DNA from: Candidatus Babelota bacterium
GTDB lineage: Bacteria; Babelota; Babeliae; Babelales; CAIQNR01
DNA length: 64,000 nucleotides
Assembly: GCA_965658655.1 (NCBI GenBank)
Contig: CBFHTA010000001.1
Coordinates: 392,722-456,721, forward strand
Direction of reading: 5' to 3'
Shown here: positions 36,866 to 46,516 of the stretch, in pieces
Layout of the letters: each line of letters starts with the position of its first letter
Numbering within the stretch: the stretch's first letter is position 1
Notes under the pieces: generated by a model
Told to the model about the DNA's origin: nothing
Databases searched by the model: none
Seen by the model: only the letters and a program-made list of their open reading frames with translations
Program-made: the position numbers and the translations under genes

Positions 36866-37873
36866 ATGAAAAAAGTATTGTTTGGTATTACTTGGGCAGC
36901 AGCTCAAAATTCTTGGTGGCTTTTTGCGGCAGGAGCGTTGCTTGTACTTCTTGCTTGGTCAACACATGCCTATATTCAAAATCTTGCAAGGCTTGTGGCT
37001 TCTCAATGGCAAAAGCGTCTGCTTTTATACTTCTCAAAAACTAAAACATTCATTAAATCGTTTTTATTAGCCGCTGGTTTGGTTGCATTGTTTATAGCAT
37101 TGTTACAGCCACAGTGGGGGAAAAAAGAACAGCATGTAGAACAAGAAGGGCGTGAATTGTTTATTGCGCTTGATATCTCTCGAAGCATGTTGGCATCTGA
37201 TGTAAAGCCTCACAGACTTGCATTTGCCAAATCAAAAATAAAGAAATTAGTAAAATCATTACATGCAGAACGTGTTGGGCTCTTAGTTTTTTCAGGTGAT
37301 GCACTTATTCAGTGTCCATTGACACGAGATACTGCTGCTTTTAATTTGTTCTTAGATAATGTTGACGCAGAAACTATTTCTTCTGGTACAACTGCAATTG
37401 CACAAGCGTTAAACACCATTTTAAAGATGTTTAAAGGTATGCCTGCTCGAAGTAATAAAATTGTAGTACTGTTTACTGATGGTGAAGATTTTTCAAGCAA
37501 TTTGAGCGCTGTAAAAGCACAAGCTCAAAAAGAAAATGTACATATTTTTACGTATGGTATTGGAACTAAAGATGGTGCGCCAGTTCCAGTGCTTGATGAA
37601 GATGGTCGGCCTGTTGGGCATCAAAAGGATGCATCGGGAAAAGTGGTATTTTCTCGGTTGAATGAACCAATGTTACGTGCATTATCTCGAGAAAGTGGTG
37701 GGAAGTATATTGGTCCTACACAAAAAGACGACGACTTACATGAACTGGTTGCGCATGTTCAAAATTATGAAAAAGAAAAACTGGAAAATAAAGACTTTGA
37801 AGTAGAAGAGGATCGGTATCCTTATTTCTTAGCAATCAGCTTTGTGGCCTTTTTACTTGAGTGGCTTCTATGA
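36866..37873 (+). CDS. batB: vWA domain protein, BatB-like
   Basis: PQWG, DISRSMLASDVKPHRL, FTDGED, GIGTKDGAPVP. Confidence 0.85.
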   Translation: MKKVLFGITWAAAQNSWWLFAAGALLVLLAWSTHAYIQNLARLVASQWQKRLLLYFSKTKTFIKSFLLAAGLVALFIALLQPQWGKKEQHVEQEGRELFIALDISRSMLASDVKPHRLAFAKSKIKKLVKSLHAERVGLLVFSGDALIQCPLTRDTAAFNLFLDNVDAETISSGTTAIAQALNTILKMFKGMPARSNKIVVLFTDGEDFSSNLSAVKAQAQKENVHIFTYGIGTKDGAPVPVLDEDGRPVGHQKDASGKVVFSRLNEPMLRALSRESGGKYIGPTQKDDDLHELVAHVQNYEKEKLENKDFEVEEDRYPYFLAISFVAFLLEWLL

Positions 37874-39051
37874 AGAAATGTTTCATTCTTACTCTTTTTT
37901 TTGTTTCTACCGTACATCCATGGTTTGATGAATGGCGTGGTATAGATGCTTATAAAAAAGGTAATTTTGAAAAAGCGAAAAAACTGTTAGTACAGCAGCT
38001 CGCTGATGATCCTTTTAATGGGCAGCTTTTGTTTAATCTGGGCGATGCCTCATTTAAAGAAAGACAGTTTGGTAAAGCAGAGGCGTATTATAAAGATGCT
38101 CTTAAAAATCTTAAAGAGAACGATAGTTTAAAATCAAAAAGTTATTTTAATTTAGGTAATACGTATTTTGAAAAAAAGCAGCTAGAAGAATCGATTGAAG
38201 CATATAAAAATTGCTTAACGCTTGATCCTGGTAATAAACGAGCGGAACACAATAAAGCGATTGTTGAGAAAATACTAGAGGAACAGAAACAAAAAAATCA
38301 GCAAGAGAAACAAGATCAGCAAGAGAAAAGTAAGAATCAGGATAAGAAAGATCAGAAACAAGATAAAAATAAATCAGATCAAAAAGATAAAGCTCAGGAT
38401 ACATCCCAAAAATCCGATAAAGATCAAAAGCGGGATCAAGATAGTAAGGCAGAGAATCAGAGTGACCAACAGGGGCAACAAAACCAGCAACAAAATCAAG
38501 GACAACAAAGTCAAGATCAAACTAATCAACAACAAAAATCTCCTGAGCAAAAATCATCAAAAAAATCCCAGGATTCGAAAACTCCAGATGCATCCGGCCA
38601 GGAGAATGAAAAACCAGAGGATCTTGATCAAAAAGAACGCGAGCAAGATAGGAAAGAGGGCGGGGACAGTAACAAAGACCAATCCCAAGATCAACAGTCT
38701 TCCGGGCAAGGAGAACAAGAATCCCAAGGAAAACCTGACGACAGAAGCGGCAATGATGCAACTGAACAACAAGGGAACAAACAAGAAGATCATACTACAA
38801 CTCCAGAAAAAGAAACTACTTCTGGTAAGAATAGAGAAAAAGAAGGACAAGGACAACAGCAAGGTAAAAAACAGGAAGCATTGCGTGCTGAGCATGTAGC
38901 AGAAGATCAAGCTACAGAAGAAGAAAAAGGAGAGCCTGAGTATGAACTTCTACAGTTTATTAAGAATCAAGATAAACAGTCGGGAAAAAAATTATTTAAA
39001 ACAATGGTAAAACGAAGGATGCCTCATAATGATGGCGCAAAGAATTGGTAA
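37870..39051 (+). CDS. batC: TPR protein with long Q/K/D/E-rich linker, BatC-like
   Basis: FNLGD and FNLGN TPRs, low-complexity linker, C-terminal KNW. Confidence 0.8.
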   Translation: MKKCFILTLFFVSTVHPWFDEWRGIDAYKKGNFEKAKKLLVQQLADDPFNGQLLFNLGDASFKERQFGKAEAYYKDALKNLKENDSLKSKSYFNLGNTYFEKKQLEESIEAYKNCLTLDPGNKRAEHNKAIVEKILEEQKQKNQQEKQDQQEKSKNQDKKDQKQDKNKSDQKDKAQDTSQKSDKDQKRDQDSKAENQSDQQGQQNQQQNQGQQSQDQTNQQQKSPEQKSSKKSQDSKTPDASGQENEKPEDLDQKEREQDRKEGGDSNKDQSQDQQSSGQGEQESQGKPDDRSGNDATEQQGNKQEDHTTTPEKETTSGKNREKEGQGQQQGKKQEALRAEHVAEDQATEEEKGEPEYELLQFIKNQDKQSGKKLFKTMVKRRMPHNDGAKNW

Positions 39052-40756
39052 ACTTTTTCTTTTATTGTGTGTAATAACGTCATTGCAAGCAGATCCACAA
39101 ATCGCAATTGAGGTAACCGATGCAAATGGATATGAAACGGAATCTGTTGGGGTAGGTGTTCCTTTTTTAATTACGGTTGAAGTATCTGGTGATACATCTG
39201 GAATTGACGCTCCGGAAGTTGAAGCTTATCCACCAATTCCTTTGCAACAGTCAGGGACCAGTAGTAGCATTCGTACTATTAATGGTAACACTACAGTAAA
39301 AAAACAGTATCGTTATAATTCGCGTATTGATACCGAAGGTACATATACCGTTGGTCCGGCTCGTATAGAAAAAGACGGCAAAGAATTTGTTTCTGAAAAA
39401 GTAGAACTAGAGGTAACTCATAAACAGGCGCTTCCTGAGTCTCGTCAAGCAGCATTCTTAAAAATAGAAACATCAAAAAAAGATATATTCATAGGTGAAA
39501 AAATTACATTTAATTTGCGATTTTATTATGCAAATAATGATGTGCGCATTGAAGGTATAGATTCTCCAACATTTGATAAATTTAAATCTACAACATTAAA
39601 AGGCCCACGGACAGGAAAAGAAACCATTGATGGTGTTTTGTATCGTTATCAAGAATGGTACTGTGTTCTTTATCCTAAAGATGTTGGGGAAACAATTATT
39701 CCTGCTGTAAATGCACAAGTGAGTGTTGCTACTTCTCAAGCACGGGGTGCAGGAGACCTTTTTAGTTTTATGGATCAAATGTTGGGTGGGCGTTCTCAAA
39801 GGCAGATGATGTACTCAAATGCATTGTCATTGCAAGTAAAGCCGCTTCCTCAAAATGAGTCTTCCACTAATGCAGTAGGTCATTTTACCGGATTAACAGC
39901 AAAAGTTAATTTAGATAAAGCTGCCGAAGGAGAAGGGATTGTGTATACGTTAGAACTGATTGGTGACGGCAACTTTGCAATGATTAGTCATCCACAGTTA
40001 CAGGTTCCTGAAGGATTGCGGTTTTATGAATCTAATACTCATTTTAAAACGCTTGCAGCTAACACACACAAAAAAGACTTTGAATATGTTATTCAAGGAG
40101 TGCAGCCGGGTACCTACACCATTGAGCAGCAATCGTTTAATTATTTTGATACGCGTCAAAAAGTGTATAAAACATTGCGTACCAAACCGGTTAAAATAAC
40201 GATAACTCCAGGTTCTTTGGTTGTTCAAGCACCCGAGGAAGAGAAAGGCAAGAGCGTTGAAGTAGTACCAGAGCATGAACTAGAAGATCCTTTGTATGTT
40301 ACTAAATGGCGTTTTAGAGTTCCTCGATCAATTGATTGGTTCTGGTTTTTTTTATTAGTATTACTCCCGCCAGCGTTTTTTATTGTGCTTTTTGGTAAAC
40401 GCAAATGGGACGAGCAGCAAGAAAAATATGCTCCACATTATGGTTATAAAAATGCTTTTAAAAATGCAAAACATAAAGTTGAAGAATGCAGAAAGAATGG
40501 CTCAATTAAACAGTTGTATGCAATATGTAGAGATCTTTTTGCGGCACGTTTAAAGTTGCCCGTAGGTGAAATTTCTGAAGCCCGTATTGAACGCGCTCTT
40601 GAGCAAGGTGGTATGACAAACGAACAGATTGCAACATGGCGTTCTTTCTATGCAGATATTGCCGCATCAAGTTTTGGTTCTGATTCTGCGACAGGTAAAG
40701 ATCATTTATGTGTGGTGTTACTTGAATGGATTAAAAAGTTTGAAAGGGTTCTTTAA
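39029..40756 (+). CDS. batD: BatD family protein
   Basis: SIRTINGN, GTYTVGPA, VKPLP...AVGHF, FNYFD; operon position. Confidence 0.85.
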   Translation: MMAQRIGKLFLLLCVITSLQADPQIAIEVTDANGYETESVGVGVPFLITVEVSGDTSGIDAPEVEAYPPIPLQQSGTSSSIRTINGNTTVKKQYRYNSRIDTEGTYTVGPARIEKDGKEFVSEKVELEVTHKQALPESRQAAFLKIETSKKDIFIGEKITFNLRFYYANNDVRIEGIDSPTFDKFKSTTLKGPRTGKETIDGVLYRYQEWYCVLYPKDVGETIIPAVNAQVSVATSQARGAGDLFSFMDQMLGGRSQRQMMYSNALSLQVKPLPQNESSTNAVGHFTGLTAKVNLDKAAEGEGIVYTLELIGDGNFAMISHPQLQVPEGLRFYESNTHFKTLAANTHKKDFEYVIQGVQPGTYTIEQQSFNYFDTRQKVYKTLRTKPVKITITPGSLVVQAPEEEKGKSVEVVPEHELEDPLYVTKWRFRVPRSIDWFWFFLLVLLPPAFFIVLFGKRKWDEQQEKYAPHYGYKNAFKNAKHKVEECRKNGSIKQLYAICRDLFAARLKLPVGEISEARIERALEQGGMTNEQIATWRSFYADIAASSFGSDSATGKDHLCVVLLEWIKKFERVL

Positions 40757-40770
40757 AATTAAAGAACCCT
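40745..40770. terminator. Hairpin at the batD 3' end, between convergent genes
   Basis: AGGGTTCTTT-AAAATT-AAAGAACCCT. Confidence 0.55.
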
Positions 40771-40781
40771 GATTTTTGTTG

Positions 40782-41027
40782 TTATTTCACTACTGTACCC
40801 TGAGGGAAATCAAACCTCTTTGTTCGCTTTGAGTTACTTCTCTTGTTTTTTCTGTTACTTCTCTTGCTTTGTTTTGTACGAACATTACGTGGGAGTTGTT
40901 CTCTTCTCTTTCCGTCTGCAAACACCGGATATTTGTCTCCTTTAAACATCTTACAAGAGATAACAGTCTGTGTTTGTGTATCTGTAATAAGAACGAAAAG
41001 CGAGAGTAAAAGTAGTTTTTTGTGCAT
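40782..41027 (-). CDS. Small secreted highly basic protein
   Basis: Signal peptide; K/R-rich C-terminal half (KRSN x2); AAGGA SD. Confidence 0.6.
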   Translation of the reverse strand: MHKKLLLLSLFVLITDTQTQTVISCKMFKGDKYPVFADGKRREQLPRNVRTKQSKRSNRKNKRSNSKRTKRFDFPQGTVVK

Positions 41028-41064
41028 TTCTGTTCCTTTTTTAGTTTTTCTTTTTTTTAGTTAT

Positions 41065-41340
41065 CTATCTTTTAATTTTAAGTTGCCCTTGATCATTAGT
41101 AATATCTTTATATTCTTCGGGAACCTTAACAGCTTTCTTTTCATAATAGTTACCCGAACTGTCCTTGCAATCGCAATTTAGGTACTTATTTTCTGGATCA
41201 AAACTACACTCTCCACATGAGCTTAGGTAAGATCCCTTAGGTACGTTATAATTAGAACCGCTATTTATTAAATCTGTATTGGTATAAGCGTTCACTCCTG
41301 TTAGACTCAACAATGCGAGTGAAAATAATAATTTTTTCAT
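41065..41340 (-). CDS. Secreted cyanovirin-N-like (CVNH) lectin repeat protein
   Basis: GSYLSSC.EC.....LNCDCKDSSG....ITNDQGQL matches the pattern of one CVNH repeat; signal peptide. Confidence 0.7.
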   Translation of the reverse strand: MKKLLFSLALLSLTGVNAYTNTDLINSGSNYNVPKGSYLSSCGECSFDPENKYLNCDCKDSSGNYYEKKAVKVPEEYKDITNDQGQLKIKR

Positions 41341-41548
41341 TTACTTTTCCTTTTTTACTTTATAGTTATTATTACAATAAGCTTGATAATAACTATAGCA
41401 ATCCAATAGGTCGATCTGCAAGAGTTTTCCGTCATTTTTAGTCTTTAAGCTTAAATTCTTATTGTTTTTTGATAAACTAAAACAGTAATGCTTTTAGGTG
41501 TAGATAATTAATCTTTGCATCATAAATTATACTATTTGATAGGTTGTT

Positions 41549-42259
41549 ATGACTCGAAGTGTGTTGGTTGTAAGTGCAGTATTGCTATTTTCTCTTCATG
41601 CAAATAAATATGATGAAGTCTATCACAAGGCTAATAAGGATCTTAAGGCAGGACAGTATCAAGATGCTCTTAAAGGATATGAGTCGTTAACGCCACAAGG
41701 TCCGGTTACGTATTACAACACAGGCATTGTGTTATATTATCTAAAACAATATGGTAAATCGATTGCAGCATGGAGTAAAGCAGAGCAACACGCTAGCCCG
41801 GGATTACTTAAAAAGATTCAATACAATAAGAGTAAAGTATATAAGGTGTTAAATAGTGAAGCTCCAGCATCGTGGAGGGTTACAGTCCTTATCGTGCAAT
41901 CGTACTTTTCTCTTTTTTTATTACAGGTATTTTTTTTAGCTGCATGGTTAGGATATTGTTTTGTTGGGTATATTCCCAATAAAATAATTCAAAAGTATCG
42001 TACCTTACTCTTATTAATGAGTGTAATATGTGGATGTTTACTTGGATGTAAATATTGGGTGCACGCTTGTAAACGTGCGGTAGTAATTACTCCTCAAGCT
42101 AAGATATTTACGGGACCCAACGTAGAATTTGACACTATCGCCGATGTAAAAGAAGGTGAGTTAGTGAGAGTGGTTCAAAAAGAAAATACATGGTATAAAA
42201 TTAACGATGGTAATGCCAATGGTTGGATCCAAAGTGTGAATATAGAAGAAATCAACTGA
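41549..42259 (+). CDS. batE: TPR + SH3b protein, BatE-like
   Basis: YYNTG TPR, two TM helices, C-terminal GPN..VKEGE..WYKI..GWI SH3b. Confidence 0.8.
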   Translation: MTRSVLVVSAVLLFSLHANKYDEVYHKANKDLKAGQYQDALKGYESLTPQGPVTYYNTGIVLYYLKQYGKSIAAWSKAEQHASPGLLKKIQYNKSKVYKVLNSEAPASWRVTVLIVQSYFSLFLLQVFFLAAWLGYCFVGYIPNKIIQKYRTLLLLMSVICGCLLGCKYWVHACKRAVVITPQAKIFTGPNVEFDTIADVKEGELVRVVQKENTWYKINDGNANGWIQSVNIEEIN

Positions 42260-42278
42260 AGCAAGGAGCAAGAGTAGT

Positions 42279-43205
42279 TTGAAAAAAGTAAAAAAAAATA
42301 CAAACATTGCCTTTTCCCATCCCTTGCTTATAGGTGCCTTTCTTTGTGTTCTTCTTCCTATTTGTTTATTAATTTTTGAATATAAGCAGATGAAGAAAGC
42401 AACTGATCGATTATTAGATCTTAAAGAAGATTATCGATCTTATTCTATGACGCTTAAGCGGCTTATCAGAGAACATTCTAGAGAATCACAAAGCATGTCT
42501 TTCGATGTAAAAAAAAAGTCCATAATCGGTGATGTTTTTTCGAGTGATAGAGTTAGAGAAGATTTTTCTGTGATTAATCGTGATCCTGATTATTTGCGTT
42601 CTTCTGCGCTTACCTTTGCAAAAGAACATCAACTGGATAAAATTCTTGCAAAAATGTTTGATACAGACGATTGGGATGATCTACCTCCTATAAAAACTTT
42701 TCCTGGTAAAAAGAAAAAGAAAAAGCGTGGGGCAACTGTTTCTGGTGTTCCTGCGTGGGCTCGTTTAAAAAGTGCACCACAGCGTCATCTTTATAAAGAT
42801 TTTTTATGTTCTTGGCCGCTTGATAAAGGAACGTTCTGGTTTAGTTCTCCTTTTGGTCCACGTAAGATAGGTAAAAATAAATGGAAATTTCATTATGGAG
42901 TTGATCTAGCGGCATCTCGAGGAACGCCTATTAAAGCGGTTGCTGCAGGTATTGTTATTCAGTCTGAGTTTCATAAAGGCTATGGTAATTGCATAACTAT
43001 TGTGCATAATCGTAAGTATAAAACCAGGTATGCTCATTTGCATACGCGTAAGGCAGTAGTTGGACAAAAAATAAAACGTGGAGGAGTCATTGGAACAGTA
43101 GGGGCAACCGGATTTGTTAAAAAAAGTGGAAAAGATGCTTCCCATCTCCATTTTGAAGTGTATGCTTTTGGGAGGCACATTAATCCAGTTTCTGTTCTTG
43201 TATAG
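42279..43205 (+). CDS. M23 family metallopeptidase, membrane anchored
   Basis: SSPFGPR, HYGVDLA, YAHL, HLHFEV. Confidence 0.93.
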   Translation: MKKVKKNTNIAFSHPLLIGAFLCVLLPICLLIFEYKQMKKATDRLLDLKEDYRSYSMTLKRLIREHSRESQSMSFDVKKKSIIGDVFSSDRVREDFSVINRDPDYLRSSALTFAKEHQLDKILAKMFDTDDWDDLPPIKTFPGKKKKKKRGATVSGVPAWARLKSAPQRHLYKDFLCSWPLDKGTFWFSSPFGPRKIGKNKWKFHYGVDLAASRGTPIKAVAAGIVIQSEFHKGYGNCITIVHNRKYKTRYAHLHTRKAVVGQKIKRGGVIGTVGATGFVKKSGKDASHLHFEVYAFGRHINPVSVLV

Positions 43206-43213
43206 GAGTTTTG

Positions 43214-44122
43214 ATGTTACAGAAAATTAGAAATTTTATTACATGGTGGAATCGACCAAATAAATCAACTATCGCTGATTGGATTCAATCTTTGATTGTC
43301 ATTTTACCGATTGTGTTTGTTATTAGAACTTGGGGGTACGGTTTGTATCAAGTGCCAAGCGGGTCTATGGAAACTAATATGCTCGTGGGAGAAAGTTATT
43401 TTGCAGATAAATTCTCTTTCTTGATCTGGAAACCTCAGCGTGGGGATATAATTTCATTTGATCAACCTGATTATCCTTATTCAAAGGATGCTTTAAGAAA
43501 CTGGTTCGAGCATTATGCTATGATTATTGGTGGACCACAAAACTGGACCAAACGTGTGATTGCTATTCCAGGGGATCATATACAAGGAAAAATAGAGGAT
43601 GGTAAAACGGCTGTTTATTTAAATGGTAAAAAACTTGATGAACCTTATCTTAATAAATATCCGTTAGTTCCTACAACCATGAAATTGAGTGCAAGTGGTT
43701 GGAAATCATATGATAAAAAGTATTCATATAGTGATCAGCCCTTTTATTATATGAATGGTATGATTGTAAAAGCAGCTCAAAGAATGTGGGAGTCACAGGG
43801 ATTTCCAAAAGAACAAGTACCAGGCACACCGCTTGATGGAATTTTAAAAGGTTCAGATGTATACGATGTCCACCTTAAGGACGATGAGTATTGGGTGATG
43901 GGTGATAATCGCCTTGGTAGCTATGATTGCCGTGGTTGGGGGCATCCTCTTAAAGCAAGTTTTATTCGAGGAAAGATTGTATTCAGGATCTTTTCTATCG
44001 ATGTGCAGGGAGATTCAATTATTTGGGATCTTCTCACTCACCCAATTAGTTTTTGGAGTCGAGTAAGATGGTCTCGTTTCTTTACCATTATGAAACAAGG
44101 AAAAGGTTGGCAGAAACAATGA
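43214..44122 (+). CDS. lepB: Signal peptidase I
   Basis: VPSGSME, KRVIAIPGD, MGDNR..SYDCR. Confidence 0.94.
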   Translation: MLQKIRNFITWWNRPNKSTIADWIQSLIVILPIVFVIRTWGYGLYQVPSGSMETNMLVGESYFADKFSFLIWKPQRGDIISFDQPDYPYSKDALRNWFEHYAMIIGGPQNWTKRVIAIPGDHIQGKIEDGKTAVYLNGKKLDEPYLNKYPLVPTTMKLSASGWKSYDKKYSYSDQPFYYMNGMIVKAAQRMWESQGFPKEQVPGTPLDGILKGSDVYDVHLKDDEYWVMGDNRLGSYDCRGWGHPLKASFIRGKIVFRIFSIDVQGDSIIWDLLTHPISFWSRVRWSRFFTIMKQGKGWQKQ

Positions 44123-44168
44123 TTTATGCTACATTTAAGCCCTGTGAAACTGTAATCCAAAAGAAAGG

Positions 44169-44648
44169 ATGACGATGCAAGCTAATGGGAAAACGTATAT
44201 AGCGAGTCTTTTGGCGGTTATTTTGTTGCTTCCAGGTTGTTTTGGTGGTTCTTCTAAAGAAGAAGTTGGTCCAAAAGTTATCAATGTATTGGATAAGCAG
44301 TTTTATGATGATGCGCATATTCCAGGTTCAATCAATATCTCTATAATGGATGTTGAAAAACGTGCAGAAAAGTGGCCAAAAGACACAGAAATTGTAGTCT
44401 ATTGTTCTAACTATAAGTGTACAGCCAGTGGTATGATTGCAAAAAAATTGAAAAATATGGGCTTCGAGAAAGTTTATGCCTATGAAGCAGGTATGGCTGG
44501 ATGGAAGCAAGCTGGTCTTCCAGTTGATGGACCAGCAACGGAGAAATATCTTACACAGCCTAACGAAAGATTTTCTGATCGTAAGGATGCTGATATAGAA
44601 GATATTTCTACGGAGAAGCTAAAAACGTTGCTTGATAAAGACAAGTAA
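44169..44648 (+). CDS. Rhodanese-domain lipoprotein
   Basis: LLPGC lipobox, HIPGSINI, VVYCS, YEAGMAGW. Confidence 0.85.
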   Translation: MTMQANGKTYIASLLAVILLLPGCFGGSSKEEVGPKVINVLDKQFYDDAHIPGSINISIMDVEKRAEKWPKDTEIVVYCSNYKCTASGMIAKKLKNMGFEKVYAYEAGMAGWKQAGLPVDGPATEKYLTQPNERFSDRKDADIEDISTEKLKTLLDKDK

Positions 44649-44653
44649 CAAGC

Positions 44654-44727
44654 GGCGGCATAGCCAAGCGGTAAGGCAGGGGTCTGCAAAACCCTGATCC
44701 CCGGTTCGATTCCGGGTGCCGCCTCCA
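44654..44727 (+). tRNA. tRNA-Cys (GCA)
   Basis: GGCGGCA/TGCCGCC acceptor stem, CT-GCA-AA anticodon loop, GGTTCGATTCC, encoded CCA. Confidence 0.97.
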
Positions 44728-44742
44728 GATTGAAATTTTTGT

Positions 44743-44829
44743 GCCGAGGTGGCGGAATAGGTAGACGCAAAGGACTTAAAATCCTTCGGGCTTTAGCCTG
44801 TGCCGGTTCGAGTCCGGCCCTCGGTACCA
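44743..44829 (+). tRNA. tRNA-Leu (TAA)
   Basis: GCCGAGG/CCTCGGT acceptor, CT-TAA-AA loop, long variable arm, GGTTCGAGTCC, CCA. Confidence 0.97.
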
Positions 44830-45067
44830 GTCTTTAAAAAAATGAGTAGTAAAAAAAATAATTGTAACTTCATGTGTAACAGAAACGAATAATACTTATC
44901 CTAGGGGCATTTTTTATAATTAGACGGGACATAAAGTATAAAGATTTTATTTTCAAGCTTAATTTTAAGTTGACAAAAGTAAAAGAATGAATAGTTTACG
45001 ATCTTAGTACTAGTTAATGTTTGCCAAGGGAAAGGCATTTTTCATAAAGAACATTTAAGGAAATTCT

Positions 45068-45340
45068 ATGAACAAAGCAATGTTAGTAGAAAGCATGGCG
45101 AAAATCACCAAACTCCCAAAGGCAACTTGTAAAGAGTGTTTGGAGGCATTTGTAGACAGCGTTAGCGATGCGCTAAAAAAGAACAAAGCAGTTGTATTGA
45201 CAGGCTTTGGTACTTTCCAAGTCTTCAAACGCAAAAAAAGAATAGGTATTAACCCAGCTACTCATAAGAGAATGGAAATACCTAGCAAAAAAGTTCCTAA
45301 ATTCAGACCAGGTAAGGCTTTAAGAAACCTAGTTGGTTAA
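45068..45340 (+). CDS. hup: HU family DNA-binding protein
   Basis: MNKAMLV, LTGFGTF, GINPAT, VPKFRPGKALR. Confidence 0.93.
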   Translation: MNKAMLVESMAKITKLPKATCKECLEAFVDSVSDALKKNKAVVLTGFGTFQVFKRKKRIGINPATHKRMEIPSKKVPKFRPGKALRNLVG

Positions 45341-45358
45341 GAGTTTAGAGCTCAGATA

Positions 45359-45390
45359 AAAGGGAGAGGCCTCAAGGTCTCTCTTTTTTT
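45359..45390 (+). terminator. Intrinsic terminator after HU
   Basis: AGGGAGAGGCC-TCAA-GGTCTCTCT followed by a T-run. Confidence 0.8.
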
Positions 45391-45502
45391 TAGTCTATTT
45401 TCCTAACTGAGCAACTTTTTATTGCTATTACTTAAAGGAATTGATTAAGCTTAGACACAGTAAGATCGATTTAAAAAGATTAAGGGATAGGGAGAAAGAA
45501 AA

Positions 45503-45898
45503 ATGCTTACACAAGGATTAGAGCCTCAGCAACCTACGCTGATGGAAAATATAAAGAATTTAGATTTTCAGGGTGTTGTTGATAACTTTAAAGCAATGCA
45601 TATTAACTGGGTAGAAGTTGGTATGTTTGGTGCGATTGGGTTACTCAGTGGCTTTCTATTTAAAAAATACTTCCAATTATTTTTGGTATGCACCATTTTG
45701 GGTGTGGGTCTTATTGCAGGTCTTGACCATTTTGGCATGATCAATATCAACTGGCAGAATGTGCAAGGTGTGGTAGGGCATACTCCTGCGCAGAATGTTG
45801 ATACTATTTTTCATTCAATGCTTGCATGGGTAAAGATAAATGCAAGTTTAGTTGCGAGTTTTGGTGTTGGTTTCATAACTGGTTTTAAAGTAGGTTGA
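45503..45898 (+). CDS. FUN14-family-like membrane protein
   Basis: GAIGLLSGFLFKK..., GMININW, SFGVGFITGFKVG pattern. Confidence 0.65.
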   Translation: MLTQGLEPQQPTLMENIKNLDFQGVVDNFKAMHINWVEVGMFGAIGLLSGFLFKKYFQLFLVCTILGVGLIAGLDHFGMININWQNVQGVVGHTPAQNVDTIFHSMLAWVKINASLVASFGVGFITGFKVG

Positions 45899-45903
45899 TC
45901 ACC

Positions 45904-46437
45904 ATGTCACAGTCGTTTGAAGAAAAGCTCTGCGGTATTTTGGTTAAAAATGGACAGATTACTGCGCAAGAAGCTTTAGATTTACAAAAGGATTTTGTAG
46001 GCCGTTCTAAAGAAGCATTTGACGATTTTCTTCTTTCAGAAGAGATTATTCTTAAAGAAGATTTACTTCAAGCTCTTTCTGAATGTTACGAAGTTCCAGC
46101 TTTTAATACGGTAGGGCATTTTTTCAAGCGAGACTTGTTGGTGCAATTTCCCAAGGACTTTCTTCTGCGTCATGCCATTGTTCCTCTCGAGCGTGAGGGA
46201 AATGTCTTGGCAGTTATTGCAAGCGATCCAGATCATTCGGACTGTTTAGCTGAAATGGGCGAGTATGTTTCTGATGATATTCGTTTCTTTGTTGGTATTA
46301 AGCAGGACATTTTTGATGCGATCGAAGAATATTATGAAGAATCTCCTTTTAATTCAGAAGGCGAGATTGACCCTTACGAGGAAGAGCAAGAAGATATTGA
46401 TCTATTCGAGCAAGTTCTTGATGATGACGATAGATAG
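45904..46437 (+). CDS. Stand-alone T2SSE_N/MshEN-like domain protein
   Basis: KLCGILVKNGQIT, FLLSEEII..EDLLQALS, RHAIVPL, VIASDP; acidic tail; no ATPase domain. Confidence 0.75.
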   Translation: MSQSFEEKLCGILVKNGQITAQEALDLQKDFVGRSKEAFDDFLLSEEIILKEDLLQALSECYEVPAFNTVGHFFKRDLLVQFPKDFLLRHAIVPLEREGNVLAVIASDPDHSDCLAEMGEYVSDDIRFFVGIKQDIFDAIEEYYEESPFNSEGEIDPYEEEQEDIDLFEQVLDDDDR

Positions 46438-46516
46438 AATTTTTGAAGATTTTCTTTTTTTCTGATACTATCCTCATAGAGTTGTCTTTGATTGTAAAAT
46501 AAATGAGGGATATAGC

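Noticed and set aside
38280..38900. Repetitive CAAGAT/CAACAA DNA considered as a repeat array
   Set aside because: It is the low-complexity Q/D/K linker typical of BatC; no regular repeat-spacer period.
44480..44770. 96-aa - strand ORF
   Set aside because: Antisense to the rhodanese gene and the tRNAs.
44654..45067. Possible island integrated at tRNA-Cys/Leu
   Set aside because: No integrase and no duplicated tRNA 3' end seen in the window; HU follows directly.
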